A stretch of DNA of 64,000 bases from Blastocatellia bacterium (GCA_026985075.1 JALSQX010000005.1:21417-85416), one strand, 5' to 3'. Numbered from the stretch's first letter, positions 29,018 to 38,787 are shown. A program made the numbers and translations. The notes: generated by a model not told the origin, from the sequence alone.

Positions 29018-30217
29018 CTAGGCGTTGGCACCATTCCGAGAGCGGGCCAGTGCCCGTCGTATCCCGCGAACGGCTTGCCGAATGCGATGCTCATTTTCAA
29101 TGAGAGCAAATCGAACATAACCATCACCGTAATGTCCGAATCCGATGCCCGGCGAGACGGCGACCTTGGCTTCGCGTAGCAGGAACTTGGCGAAGTCCAG
29201 CGAGCCCATGGGGCGGAAAGGTGAGGGAATCTCCCCCCAGATGAACATAGTGGCGCGAGGTTTCTCAATCGACCAACCAATCCGCGCCAGGCCGTTGATC
29301 AGGACGTCGCGTCGCCGGCGATAAGTATCGCAGATCTCCTGGACGACGTGCTGTGGACCATTCAGGGCCTGGATGGCGGCGATTTGAATGGGCTGGAAGA
29401 TGCCGTAGTCTAAATAACTTTTCAGGCGGGCCAGCGCGGCGATCATCTCCGCATTTCCGACGCAAAAGCCCACTCGCCAGCCAGGCATATTATAGCTTTT
29501 CGAGAGGGAGAAGAATTCAACACCAACCTTCTTAGCCTCGGGAACTTGCATGAAGCTCGGCGCTTGATACCCGTCGAAGCAGATGTCGGCATAGGCCAAG
29601 TCATGAATGATCAGGATCTCGTGTTCTCGGGCAAAATCCACGATTCGCTGGAAGAACTGGAGATCGACGACTTCCGTAGTGGGATTGTGCGGGAAGCTCA
29701 AGATGAGGAGTTTCGGTTTGGGCCACGTTTGGCGAAACGCCTCTTCCAGATGGGCGAAGAAATCCTCGCCTGGGATGAGCGGTACGCTGCGTAGATCGCC
29801 ACCGGCGATGATCACCGAGTACTGATGAATCGGATAGGTGGGATCGGGGCACAACACGACATCGCCACGATCAATGATCCCCAGGACGAGGTGAGCGATG
29901 CCTTCCTTGGCGCCCATCGTCACAATAGCCTCGGACTCCGGATCGAGATCTACACCGTAGCGGCGACGATACCAGTCGGTGATGGCCAGGCGGAGCTTGT
30001 AAATCCCGCGGGAGACCGAATAGCGGTGATTCCGGGGATTGCCGACCGCCTCGATGAGCTTGTCCACGATGGGAGCGGGCGTCGGGCGATCGGGATTACC
30101 CATGCTCAAGTCGACGATGTCTTCACCGGCCCGGCGCGCGCGCATTTTCAGCTCGTTCATCACAGAGAAGACATACGGTGGCAACCGTTTGATGCGATTA
30201 AACTCCATATGACTCAT
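29018..30217 (-). CDS. alaC: Class I/II PLP aminotransferase, AlaC-like alanine transaminase
   Basis: [55 protein letters not shown]. Confidence 0.75.
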   Translation of the reverse strand: MSHMEFNRIKRLPPYVFSVMNELKMRARRAGEDIVDLSMGNPDRPTPAPIVDKLIEAVGNPRNHRYSVSRGIYKLRLAITDWYRRRYGVDLDPESEAIVTMGAKEGIAHLVLGIIDRGDVVLCPDPTYPIHQYSVIIAGGDLRSVPLIPGEDFFAHLEEAFRQTWPKPKLLILSFPHNPTTEVVDLQFFQRIVDFAREHEILIIHDLAYADICFDGYQAPSFMQVPEAKKVGVEFFSLSKSYNMPGWRVGFCVGNAEMIAALARLKSYLDYGIFQPIQIAAIQALNGPQHVVQEICDTYRRRRDVLINGLARIGWSIEKPRATMFIWGEIPSPFRPMGSLDFAKFLLREAKVAVSPGIGFGHYGDGYVRFALIENEHRIRQAVRGIRRALARSRNGANA

Positions 30218-30341
30218 CCTCAGTATTTCTCATTGCACGTATGAATATAACCCGAGCAGGAGGTGGGCACAACGTTTCTGAGGACCTCATCAACACTGCT
30301 CGCCAGGGGAACAGTAGGGCTGAATGGGCATCGGCGTTCCC

Positions 30342-30370
30342 TTGACTTCCCGTCAGTTCTGGCTCATAGT
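30342..30370 (+). promoter_or_regulatory. sigma70-type promoter of tatAC
   Basis: TTGACT-N17-CATAGT. Confidence 0.5.
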
Positions 30371-30411
30371 ATGAGATTGATGGCTGGAATTTGAGAAGAT
30401 GAGGATTTCAT

Positions 30412-30666
30412 ATGTTTGGTTCGTTGGGCTGGCCCGAGTTGTTGTTCATTTTGATCATTGCTCTGATCATTTTTGGGCCGCGAAAACTCCCTCAATTGGG
30501 CCGCACGCTGGGAGAGAGCCTGGCTCAGTTCCGGCGGGCGTCAGAGGATTTCAAGCGCTCCTGGGAGGAAGAAATCATCCTGGAAGAGAAACGCATGCGC
30601 ACGGCCATACCAGACGAATCACCATCTGAATCGAAAGATGAGCGGTCAATCGCATCTGAGAACTGA
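30412..30666 (+). CDS. tatA: Twin-arginine translocase TatA/TatB family subunit
   Basis: LGWPELLFILIIALIIFGPRKLPQLGRTLG...FRRA. Confidence 0.9.
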   Translation: MFGSLGWPELLFILIIALIIFGPRKLPQLGRTLGESLAQFRRASEDFKRSWEEEIILEEKRMRTAIPDESPSESKDERSIASEN

Positions 30667-31684
30667 GGTGGAGGAAGAGGCCCAAGACGAGTTGGCCGGG
30701 ACGGAAATGTCACTGCTGGAGCATTTGGAAGAACTGCGCCAGCGGCTCATTCGTTGTGCCCTCGCCGTCGGAATCCTCTTCGTCATGAGTTGGTTTTTTG
30801 CCGATCATCTTTTCGGGTTCATTCAAAAACCGGTCGTGGAGGCCTTGGCCAAGGCACAAAGTATGCAACTGGCGACCGTCGTCCGGCCACTCAGCGTGGA
30901 GTCGCTTCAGGAAGGCGATACGGTACAATACACCTTCCCAGTCGAGAGTACGCTGGGAGACATCCCCATTCCGGCTGGCGTGACCATACGCGGTCTGGTG
31001 CAGAAGAAGGGGGATAAGTTAGTCGTCGTCACAACAGAGAAACTGGTCGTTCGCGATGTCGTCATCCCCCCGGGGACGGTCCTCCCCATCGAGATCGAGG
31101 TGAACAGTCCGAGTGAACGATTGATCATCGACACGGTGCCCGGAGCATTTTATCTCTATATGCGCGTGGCCTTCTATGCGGCGATCGCCTTCGCGATGCC
31201 TTTTTTGCTTTACCAGTTATGGGCGTTCATTTCCCCTGGGCTTTATCGGCATGAGCGACGTTACATTGCTCCCTTCATCATCCTGGGGACGATTTTCTTC
31301 GTCTTGGGCGCGGCATTTGGATACTACGTCGCGTTCCCCCGCGCCGCCCTTTGGTTGCTCCAGTTTGCTCATGGCTTTCGACCCCTGATCAAAGCCAATG
31401 AATACTTCGACCTCATCATCGTCATCATGCTGGGATTGGGATTGGTCTTCCAGATCCCGACCGTCACGCTGTTCTTGGCTCGCATGGGAGTGGTCACGCC
31501 GAAGAAGATGATTCAGCCGTGGCGCTACGTGATCGTGGGCATTACTGTTCTGGCGGCGGTCATTTCACCCACGGGCGATATCCCCAACCTTCTGGTTTTC
31601 GCTCTGCCTATGCTGATCTTATATGTTCTGAGCATAGGCATCGCTTGGGCTTTCGGAAGACCGCGAGACGGAGAGGCCAGATGA
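30638..31684 (+). CDS. tatC: Twin-arginine translocase TatC with an enlarged first periplasmic loop
   Basis: MSLLEHLEELRQRL, YQLWAFISPGLY, FQIP, AAVISPTGD; overlaps the tatA end. Confidence 0.93.
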   Translation: MSGQSHLRTEVEEEAQDELAGTEMSLLEHLEELRQRLIRCALAVGILFVMSWFFADHLFGFIQKPVVEALAKAQSMQLATVVRPLSVESLQEGDTVQYTFPVESTLGDIPIPAGVTIRGLVQKKGDKLVVVTTEKLVVRDVVIPPGTVLPIEIEVNSPSERLIIDTVPGAFYLYMRVAFYAAIAFAMPFLLYQLWAFISPGLYRHERRYIAPFIILGTIFFVLGAAFGYYVAFPRAALWLLQFAHGFRPLIKANEYFDLIIVIMLGLGLVFQIPTVTLFLARMGVVTPKKMIQPWRYVIVGITVLAAVISPTGDIPNLLVFALPMLILYVLSIGIAWAFGRPRDGEAR

Positions 31685-31735
31685 CCAGAGGAGCGGGCCG
31701 CACCCCGGTAGAGAGAGGTGTGGGGGTGAGTCAGG

Positions 31736-31764
31736 TTGACCGGATATTCCCCAACCATTATACT
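31736..31764 (+). promoter_or_regulatory. sigma70-type promoter of the GWxTD gene
   Basis: TTGACC-N17-TATACT. Confidence 0.6.
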
Positions 31765-31805
31765 TTGAAACCGTAGAGTGAATTTTCGTGCGAGGGAGTG
31801 AGGCT

Positions 31806-33512
31806 ATGGTGAGCATGGGCAAAAGGTGTGGATTCCTCTCCGTCATCGCTCTCTTGATCATGGCTCTGTTGACCCCCGTCTCTGGATGGACGCCGACGTC
31901 TCCCAAGGACGGGCACAAACAGAAGCAGAAGGCACAGAGCAAGCGGGAGAAGCGGCGCGCCAAGAAGCGGCGGCGCGAATTGAGCGAGGTCTACAAGCGC
32001 TGGCTGGAGGAAGACGTCCGGTGGATCATCACTGAGGAGGAGCGAAAGGCGTTCAAGAAGCTAGAGACCGACGAGGAACGCGAGCAGTTCATCGAGCAGT
32101 TCTGGCTCCGGCGCGATCCCAATCCCGATACCCTGGAAAATGAGTACCGTGAGGAATATTATCGACGCATCGCCTATGCGAACCAGCATTTCTCCTCCGG
32201 CATTCCCGGTTGGAAGACCGATCGGGGTCGGATTTACATCATGTTCGGTCCTCCCGATAGTATCGAAAGTCATCCGGCCGGCGGGAGTTATGATCGGCCG
32301 TTCTGGGAGGGTGGCGGGACGACGAGTACCTATCCGTTCGAGATCTGGTTTTATCGCTATATTCCCGGCGTGGGGAGCGGGATCGAGATCGAGTTCGTCG
32401 ATCCCACCATGTCGGGAGAATACCGCATTGCTCGCAGTCCTGATGAAAAAGATGCGCTGTTGTTCGTTCCCAATGCTGGATTGACGTTAGCCGAACAGTT
32501 GGGACTGGCTAGCAAAGCCGACCGTCCCTTCTTCTCCCCGGGCAACCGCGAGCGCTATCCACTGATGCATCAACGGGTCCAGGACATGCCCTTTGAGCGG
32601 CTCGAATTGTTGGCCAAACTCCAACGACCGCCTCAGGTGAAATTCCGCGATCTGGCTACTATTGCCGATGCCGAGTTAACGGTGGAATTCGATGTCCTGC
32701 CGTTTCAATTGCGGACCGACTACTTGCGCATCATGGATAACTCTATCCTCACCGTGTTCACCATTCTCATCGAGAACCAGGATTTGGCGTTCAAAAATGT
32801 CGGAGGTATTTTGGAAGCCAAGGTCAACATTCATGCCCGCATTCGGCCGGTCACGGGACGTCGACCCTACCTGTTTGAGGATGTGGTCACTCAGAAATAT
32901 ACCGATGATGTCTTCGACATCGGTGTGCGACAGAAGTCCATCTACCAGCACAAGATCACCCTTCCGCCGGGAAACTATGTTGTTGATCTGGTGTTGCGCG
33001 ATGTCAACAGCGGTCGCACGGGCGTCGTTCATCATGGGATCGAGGTGCCACGATATGCCGAAGGACAGCTCTCTACGAGTTCCCTCATCCTGGCCGATAA
33101 GATTGAGCCTCTTCATGGGCGGCTGGCGGCGGGACCGTTCGTGTTGGGGAACCTGAAGGTGCGCCCGAGTGTGAACTCCCGGTTCAAACAGGGACGACCG
33201 GTGGGGGTCTACATGGAAGTGTATAATCCGGGTATTGACCAGACGACGCTCAGGCCGGCCGTGGATATCGAGTACATCATCTCTCGCGACGGCCAGGAAG
33301 TCATGCGGGTGAAGGAGGATGGTCAGAGTGGATTGTCTCGCTTTACAACGCAGGAGATCACACTCGCCCGGTTGCTCCCGGTCGATACACTTGATCCCGG
33401 AACCTACACTCTGGAGGTTCGCATCACCGATCATGTGAAACAGACGACGGTGGCTCCCAAGACACAATTCACTATTTTCGCCCCCTCAGAGGAGGCACTT
33501 GCCGGGCAATAG
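31806..33512 (+). CDS. GWxTD domain-containing exported protein
   Basis: [40 protein letters not shown]; signal peptide; C-terminal beta-sandwich region. Confidence 0.92.
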   Translation: MVSMGKRCGFLSVIALLIMALLTPVSGWTPTSPKDGHKQKQKAQSKREKRRAKKRRRELSEVYKRWLEEDVRWIITEEERKAFKKLETDEEREQFIEQFWLRRDPNPDTLENEYREEYYRRIAYANQHFSSGIPGWKTDRGRIYIMFGPPDSIESHPAGGSYDRPFWEGGGTTSTYPFEIWFYRYIPGVGSGIEIEFVDPTMSGEYRIARSPDEKDALLFVPNAGLTLAEQLGLASKADRPFFSPGNRERYPLMHQRVQDMPFERLELLAKLQRPPQVKFRDLATIADAELTVEFDVLPFQLRTDYLRIMDNSILTVFTILIENQDLAFKNVGGILEAKVNIHARIRPVTGRRPYLFEDVVTQKYTDDVFDIGVRQKSIYQHKITLPPGNYVVDLVLRDVNSGRTGVVHHGIEVPRYAEGQLSTSSLILADKIEPLHGRLAAGPFVLGNLKVRPSVNSRFKQGRPVGVYMEVYNPGIDQTTLRPAVDIEYIISRDGQEVMRVKEDGQSGLSRFTTQEITLARLLPVDTLDPGTYTLEVRITDHVKQTTVAPKTQFTIFAPSEEALAGQ

Positions 33513-33613
33513 CTGCCCGAGTGGGTTCCTGGGAATGAGCGAATGAAGGCTTGAGGGGCCTCTTGGAGCGCCGACGAAGGGGCGAACCGCCCGCGAGAGG
33601 GCGCTCTGGTGCG

Positions 33614-34336
33614 TCAGTCGAAGAAAACGAGTTGATGCTCGAATGCCTCTCTCAAGTGGTCTACTTCAATATCCCCTCGCTTCTGCTCCAGTATTTGGAA
33701 TACGGCAGAAACGAAAGTGGCGAATTGAATCACCGCCTGACGGATGTCCAGATACCAGTACATCCCTTCGCGTAAGGCCTGAAGCTTCCATCCTGCCGGG
33801 AGCTTCTTTGCCGCCTGGTCCAAAATAGACGCCGTCGCGTTCAACCCCAAGGCGATCTCCAGTCGGGCGCGGATGATGCCATCAAAAGCGCCGGTTAACA
33901 TCCGGAGTAGCTCCTGTGAGGTTTTCATCGCCAGTTGTACGTCAACCCCATCTGCCTCATGGGCCTGTTGGGTGAGTAAGGCCTTCACGACATTCACCAG
34001 CTTCGTGAGCGTCAGCTCTTTGGCAATGAACATGTCAGCTCCCGCCTGAAATCCGCGCAAGATGTCAATGACGCGGGTCCGCCCCGTGAATAATATAACC
34101 GGAAGCTGATGGGTTGCCGCGCTCCGTTTCAGTTGCTCGCAGATCTGAATGCCATCAATATCAGGGAGGAGCAAGTCAAGAATGATCAAATCCGGCCGCT
34201 GCTCGGACGCCAGTGCGAGACCATCGGCTCCCTGTGTGGTGGTGAGAATATCATAACCGAGGCGCCGGAAGACCCGGGAGAGAGTCTGGCATTGGACCGG
34301 CGAGTTATCGATGATGAGTAGTTTCTGAGAGTTCAT
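33614..34336 (-). CDS. Response regulator: REC domain plus uncharacterised helical C-terminal domain
   Basis: LLIIDNS, PDLIILDLLLPDIDG, GADMFIAK; C-terminal ~110 aa not recognised. Confidence 0.85.
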   Translation of the reverse strand: MNSQKLLIIDNSPVQCQTLSRVFRRLGYDILTTTQGADGLALASEQRPDLIILDLLLPDIDGIQICEQLKRSAATHQLPVILFTGRTRVIDILRGFQAGADMFIAKELTLTKLVNVVKALLTQQAHEADGVDVQLAMKTSQELLRMLTGAFDGIIRARLEIALGLNATASILDQAAKKLPAGWKLQALREGMYWYLDIRQAVIQFATFVSAVFQILEQKRGDIEVDHLREAFEHQLVFFD

Positions 34337-34448
34337 ACGGAACGTCCTGGTCTGCGCATGGCGTCTAATTCAAAAAACACGATAACATCCGCCACGCCGG
34401 GCATCCAGCCACATCTCCGCGACTTCCGGCGAAGCTCATGTGATTGAT

Positions 34449-34464
34449 AGCAAGCACCGTGCCG
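34449..34464 (-). promoter_or_regulatory. sigma54 (-24/-12) promoter upstream of the response regulator
   Basis: CGGCAC-GGTGC-TTGCT on the minus strand, about 110 nt upstream of ATG 34336. Confidence 0.7.
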
Positions 34465-34728
34465 CGAGGATGTGCCCGAGGTTCTTCAGACAAGCCCCAT
34501 CAAAGCAATGGGTTATATGTCTTGGGGATGAATGGTGAGGGATGGCGACGAGGAGATATTTCACCGGCGAAACGCCTCCTTTTCACCAGTGATACATCCG
34601 GTGACCCCACGCAAAGTCCAGGCGTGACGGTGACATCGCATGGCCCTTCCCAGCAACGTCACCGCTCGTCCCTCGTTGGCCGATTCAGCGTTCGGCAACA
34701 ACGGCCGTTCGACCCGCCATCGTTCAGT

Positions 34729-35079
34729 TCAATAGAGCCGTGCCGGTCCCCCTGAGATGATGAAGAGGAGGAGCTGAAAGGCAGTCCCCGGTACCGTGAG
34801 GGGAACGGGGGTGAAGAGTGGCCAGGAGTTCTGGGTAGAGGAGAACGTCCCGCCGAATCGGAAAACGGGTCCAAAACGCGAAGGGAACCCCTTGCTCCTC
34901 GGACCGCTCACCATGCCAATACCCGGTGATGTGGGTTTGCCCGCGTGACTCTCCCGGCCCGTGGTGGAGATCGTGCCCGGTTTGTCCGGCCGGCCAGCAT
35001 GGCTCTCGCGAGCGGGGACGAGCCTGGTTGGAACGAGTAGAGTTGATGCAAGGAGCACGAAGATGAGTAGCCGTTTCAT
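34729..35079 (-). CDS. Small secreted pro-peptide (116 aa) with two RESHAG[R/K]PxxPG repeats
   Basis: Strong SD GAGGAGG before ATG 35079; Sec signal MKRLLIFVLLASTLLVPTRLVPA; repeats at residues 24 and 42; hydrophobic C-terminus. Confidence 0.8.
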   Translation of the reverse strand: MKRLLIFVLLASTLLVPTRLVPARESHAGRPDKPGTISTTGRESHAGKPTSPGIGMVSGPRSKGFPSRFGPVFRFGGTFSSTQNSWPLFTPVPLTVPGTAFQLLLFIISGGPARLY

Positions 35080-35174
35080 GATGTTCCTCCTCACTATGCG
35101 GTGTTCCGGGCTCGCTACGTTAGATGACCTTGACGGCGAGACGTTGCTCCACAGTGGCCGTGTTGTCGGGAGAA

Positions 35175-36626
35175 TTACACATTATACTTCCTTCTCAACA
35201 TCGTGACATAGGCTTTCGTGACGCCCAATAGTTTGGCCGCTTTCACCTGACTCCCTCCCGCGCGATTGAGCGCTTCGGCGAGGAGGAATTTCCCCAACGC
35301 TTCGTGAGCTTCGCGCCACGTGGGGAGGAAACTACTCCTGATCATGAATACGCCTCCAGAGACCTTTATCTTCTCCGCATCGAGCAGCTTCTCGACCCGC
35401 TCCATTTGTGCCTTGAGGTGCGCATCGCTGTAATGCTCCATCAGCCCTTGAGCGCGTTCAAAGTATTCATAAGCGCGCGTCCCGTCACCCTTACGGGCAT
35501 GGATCTCGGCCAGATAGATACAGCTTTCGCACTCGAGCATCTTGCTGTTGAGTTGAATGGCGAGGCGGAGAGCTTGATCAAGCTTCTCCTGAGCTTCATT
35601 GACTGCCCCTTGTGCGGCTAAAACTCGTCCCAGGGTGATGAGGGCAAACGCCTTCTCGGGGGGACTCTTGGCTAGATCGGCCAGTTCGATAGCTGACTGG
35701 AGCACTCGCCGCGCTTCATCCAGATGCCCTCGCTCCAGGTGGAGGATTCCCATCAATTCCAGCGTGACCGATTCGCCGGCAATATCGTTGGCCCGGCGGC
35801 GGAGTTCTAAACTCTCGTGCAACAGTTCCTCGGCTTTGTCCAGATGACCGAGCTGAATCTCCACATAAGCAAGATTGTTGGTCGCATGAGCCAGATCATC
35901 GAACGAAGCGCTCTCGGAGAAGTAGGTTATGGCTTCTTGGTAACACTGGGCGGCCCGCTCGTATTCCCCTTTCGCTCTGAGGAGCATCCCGTAGCTGTTC
36001 AGCACGAAGCCATAATATCGCCCATTCTCTGTTCGCTTGAGCAATCGCATCGCCTCTTCATACAGTGACTCTGCTCGCTCCAATTCTCCTAACTGGTGGT
36101 GTACGACTCCGAGGTTGAACCGGATAGTGCCAGTCAAAAAGTCCGTCTCCTCGACCTGCGCCTGATGTTGAGCGATGTCGAGAGCTTCTTCAAGGTGCCC
36201 TCTCGCCCGTTCATAATGGCCTTGTCGACGGTAAAGGCGACCAAGAAGACAAAGCGCGCGGGCTTGACCAAAGGCATCTCGCCGGATTCGGTAGATGCCG
36301 AGTACGTTGTGGAGATGCTTTTCGGCCGCCTCATACTCTCCTCGCCAGTAAAGCCATTCGGCTCTGGCCATCTCGAACTCGGCGACATCCCTCAGATTCG
36401 ATTCATCCTCTATGGCTGCCTCGAATGGTTCCAGGACCTCGGCCGCTTCATCCAACCGTCCCTGATAGATCAAAAGTTGTGCGCGCACCGCGGCCGTTCT
36501 CAAATCCTCGGTTTCGGGGAGGGCTTCTATGACTTCAGCCGCTCTCTTGAAGTCGCCCCGGTGAATTAATCCCTCTGCCCGGACGACCTTTTCCCTCCAT
36601 TGCGTTCGCGCCATATGTTGCTCCAT
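35175..36626 (-). CDS. TPR-repeat protein with C-terminal Fis-type HTH (no AAA+ domain)
   Basis: Multiple long TPRs (ALCLLGRLY, RFNLGVVH, LNSYGML, TNNLAYV, LITLGRV); C-terminus EALNRAGGSQVKAAKLLGVTKAYVTMLRRKY. Confidence 0.88.
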   Translation of the reverse strand: MEQHMARTQWREKVVRAEGLIHRGDFKRAAEVIEALPETEDLRTAAVRAQLLIYQGRLDEAAEVLEPFEAAIEDESNLRDVAEFEMARAEWLYWRGEYEAAEKHLHNVLGIYRIRRDAFGQARALCLLGRLYRRQGHYERARGHLEEALDIAQHQAQVEETDFLTGTIRFNLGVVHHQLGELERAESLYEEAMRLLKRTENGRYYGFVLNSYGMLLRAKGEYERAAQCYQEAITYFSESASFDDLAHATNNLAYVEIQLGHLDKAEELLHESLELRRRANDIAGESVTLELMGILHLERGHLDEARRVLQSAIELADLAKSPPEKAFALITLGRVLAAQGAVNEAQEKLDQALRLAIQLNSKMLECESCIYLAEIHARKGDGTRAYEYFERAQGLMEHYSDAHLKAQMERVEKLLDAEKIKVSGGVFMIRSSFLPTWREAHEALGKFLLAEALNRAGGSQVKAAKLLGVTKAYVTMLRRKYNV

Positions 36627-36660
36627 GAGTTCAATGATTTACATAAAATCTCGGTGAAAG

Positions 36661-36689
36661 ATTTTATACAATAACTTTTCGAATGTCAA
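36661..36689 (-). promoter_or_regulatory. sigma70 promoter of the TPR-HTH gene, overlapped by an inverted repeat
   Basis: TTGACA-N17-TAAAAT; ATAAAATCT-N7-AGATTTTAT (36643-36667) covers the -10 and start region. Confidence 0.75.
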
Positions 36690-36735
36690 TAGATTTTATC
36701 ACAAAAATTTTGGTATATAATTATTACCTCGGCTA

Positions 36736-36765
36736 TTGACATTTTAGTTAATGATCATATACAAT
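36736..36765 (+). promoter_or_regulatory. Divergent sigma70 promoter for the small peptide ORF and possibly the ECF sigma
   Basis: TTGACA-N18-TACAAT. Confidence 0.7.
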
Positions 36766-36807
36766 ACGCACGTATGCCAAAATAAACCATGAAAGGAGAA
36801 ACGGACC

Positions 36808-36918
36808 ATGAAGAGAACTCACCGACAACGGGGACAGGCTGATCCGAGTGGCTTGCTGTTGCCGATATTGCTGGCCTTGCTGGCGTTATTGGGTGGAGCG
36901 TGTCCGCCGGTTCAGTGA
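36808..36918 (+). CDS. 36-aa hydrophobic peptide MKRTHRQRGQADPSGLLLPILLALLALLGGACPPVQ (absent from the ORF track)
   Basis: SD AAGGAG upstream of ATG 36808, downstream of a near-consensus promoter; basic N-region, Leu-rich h-region, GGA|C then PPVQ-stop. Confidence 0.65.
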   Translation: MKRTHRQRGQADPSGLLLPILLALLALLGGACPPVQ

Positions 36919-37104
36919 ATGGTCGTCCGAGGGCGCCACGACCGACCTTTCGGCTCTTGGTAGCGACTCACTCTGTGAGAAGGCGGGGAGGTTGGTCGCC
37001 GGCCGCTCTTTCTTCAAGGGAAGGGCTCGCGCTTGGAGGGGGATGCCCACACTGAGCTGGAACGGGCATCCCCAGCCCAAGCGATGCAGTGATGAGGGAC
37101 GAAT

Positions 37105-37698
37105 ATGGCCACGACGCCGTCTGCGTTGAACATGGACACTCAACTGGCTCGAGCTTCTGCCGCGGGAGATCACCATGCTTTTGAAACGCTGTACCATCGG
37201 CATCATCAACGAGTCTATAGCCTCTGTCTCCGAATGCTACAGAATCCCGAGGAGGCTGAAGACCTCACCCAGGATGTGTTTCTCCATGTCTATCGAAGGA
37301 TTGGCACATTTCGTGGCACTTCGGCTTTCACCACCTGGCTTCATCGACTCACCATCAATACGATACTAATGTACATGCGGCGGCGGCAACGATGGCGCGC
37401 TGAGCTGTCGCTCGACGCTGGCGACCTTGGCGCGCTCGGAGAGAAAAATGCGCCTTGGCCGGGACGCGAGCTCCGGATAGAACCGATCGATTTGGAACGA
37501 GCCATCAATCGGTTACCCGTCGGCTATCGAGTGGTATTTGTGTTACATGACATAGAAGGCTACGAGCATGCTGAGATCAGCCGATTACTGGGCGTCAAGA
37601 TCGGGACGAGCAAGTCTCAGTTGCACAAGGCGCGATTACAGCTCCGACGAATGTTGACATACAAGGTGGGGGATGATCCAGGCCGGAGTACATCATAG
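37105..37698 (+). CDS. ECF (sigma70 group 4) RNA polymerase sigma factor
   Basis: AFETLYHRH, AEDLTQDVF, FRGTSAFTTWLHRLTIN, LHDIEGYEHAEIS, GTSKSQLHKAR. Confidence 0.92.
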   Translation: MATTPSALNMDTQLARASAAGDHHAFETLYHRHHQRVYSLCLRMLQNPEEAEDLTQDVFLHVYRRIGTFRGTSAFTTWLHRLTINTILMYMRRRQRWRAELSLDAGDLGALGEKNAPWPGRELRIEPIDLERAINRLPVGYRVVFVLHDIEGYEHAEISRLLGVKIGTSKSQLHKARLQLRRMLTYKVGDDPGRSTS

Positions 37699-38787
37699 AG
37701 CGATGCTCTTTGACGCCTCCTCCTGGTGGGGGCAGCAAGGACCGGGGGGAATGGCCTTACCGTGGGGGCAGAACCGAGGGTGGCCGAGAAATGTGCAGAT
37801 GCGATTGGTTGCCTCCGGACTCAAGATGTGTTCGAAGACGCAGGCTTCCACTTCCGCCTGGTAGTTGGACATACTGAGCGTTTGGGAGAACAGGAGTTCG
37901 GCCAGCCGGTGTCGTCGAATCAGGGCGCGCGCCCGGGCCTCACCTTCCGGGGTGAATGTGAGGCGGTGGTCGCGCAGAGCGATGAGCCGGTTCAGTCGGC
38001 CGGACAGCAGGTACGATTCACCGCGTCGGCCGCAAACTCGTCGAAGACCTTCCAGAGTCAATTGATCGGTCTCTTTTAATATCCACAGTTGTTTCATCAT
38101 CTCGTCGATTGTTTCCTCTACTCTCTCAGAGGTGGGATCGAATCCGGCAATGCGCCCATGCTCTAATTGGATCTGGCGATCGGCTCGCCGCCCTATTTGA
38201 ACGTCATGCGTCACGATGACGATGGTGTGCCCCTCTCGATGCAGTTGAGTGAACAGGTCCATCACGAGGCGTTCATTCTCGGCGTCCAGATTCCCCGTCG
38301 GTTCATCGGCCAATAGCAGAGGAGGCTGGTTGATCAACGCGCGAGCGATGCACACGCGTTGCTGTTCGCCGCCGGAGAGTTCCGATGGGAGATGATGCCA
38401 TCGATCGCCCAAGCCGACTCGCTGGAGCGCCTCCAGCGCTTCCGCTTCATCGACCATGCTGTGGTAATATTGCGCCAGCATGACGTTTTCCACGGCGGTG
38501 AGATAGGGGATGAGGTGGAATTGTTGAAAGATGAGGCCGATGTACTCGCGGCGGAATTCGGTCAACGCGGCGCTATCCAGTTGGGTGAGATCGTGGCCAT
38601 CGATGATGACGCGACCCTCGTCTGGCGTATCCAGGCCGCCGAGCAGATTCAGAAGCGTGGTCTTCCCGGAACCCGATGGCCCCATGATCGAGACCCACTC
38701 GCCACGTTCAATGGTCAAGCTGACGCGATCCAAGGCGCGAACCGAGCCATATTGTTTCGTGACCTCCTCCAACGTAACGAACGACAT
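37693..38787 (-). CDS. LolD/MacB-type ABC ATPase fused to a DtxR/MntR-like metal-binding dimerisation domain
   Basis: [31 protein letters not shown]-terminus RRHRLAE...EACVFEH...[14 protein letters not shown]. Confidence 0.88.
   Translation of the reverse strand: MSFVTLEEVTKQYGSVRALDRVSLTIERGEWVSIMGPSGSGKTTLLNLLGGLDTPDEGRVIIDGHDLTQLDSAALTEFRREYIGLIFQQFHLIPYLTAVENVMLAQYYHSMVDEAEALEALQRVGLGDRWHHLPSELSGGEQQRVCIARALINQPPLLLADEPTGNLDAENERLVMDLFTQLHREGHTIVIVTHDVQIGRRADRQIQLEHGRIAGFDPTSERVEETIDEMMKQLWILKETDQLTLEGLRRVCGRRGESYLLSGRLNRLIALRDHRLTFTPEGEARARALIRRHRLAELLFSQTLSMSNYQAEVEACVFEHILSPEATNRICTFLGHPRFCPHGKAIPPGPCCPHQEEASKSIAL

Noticed and set aside
36848..37209. ORFs 36848..37129 (+) and 36886..37209 (-)
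   Set aside because: No SD or motifs; they overlap the better supported 36-aa ORF and the ECF sigma start
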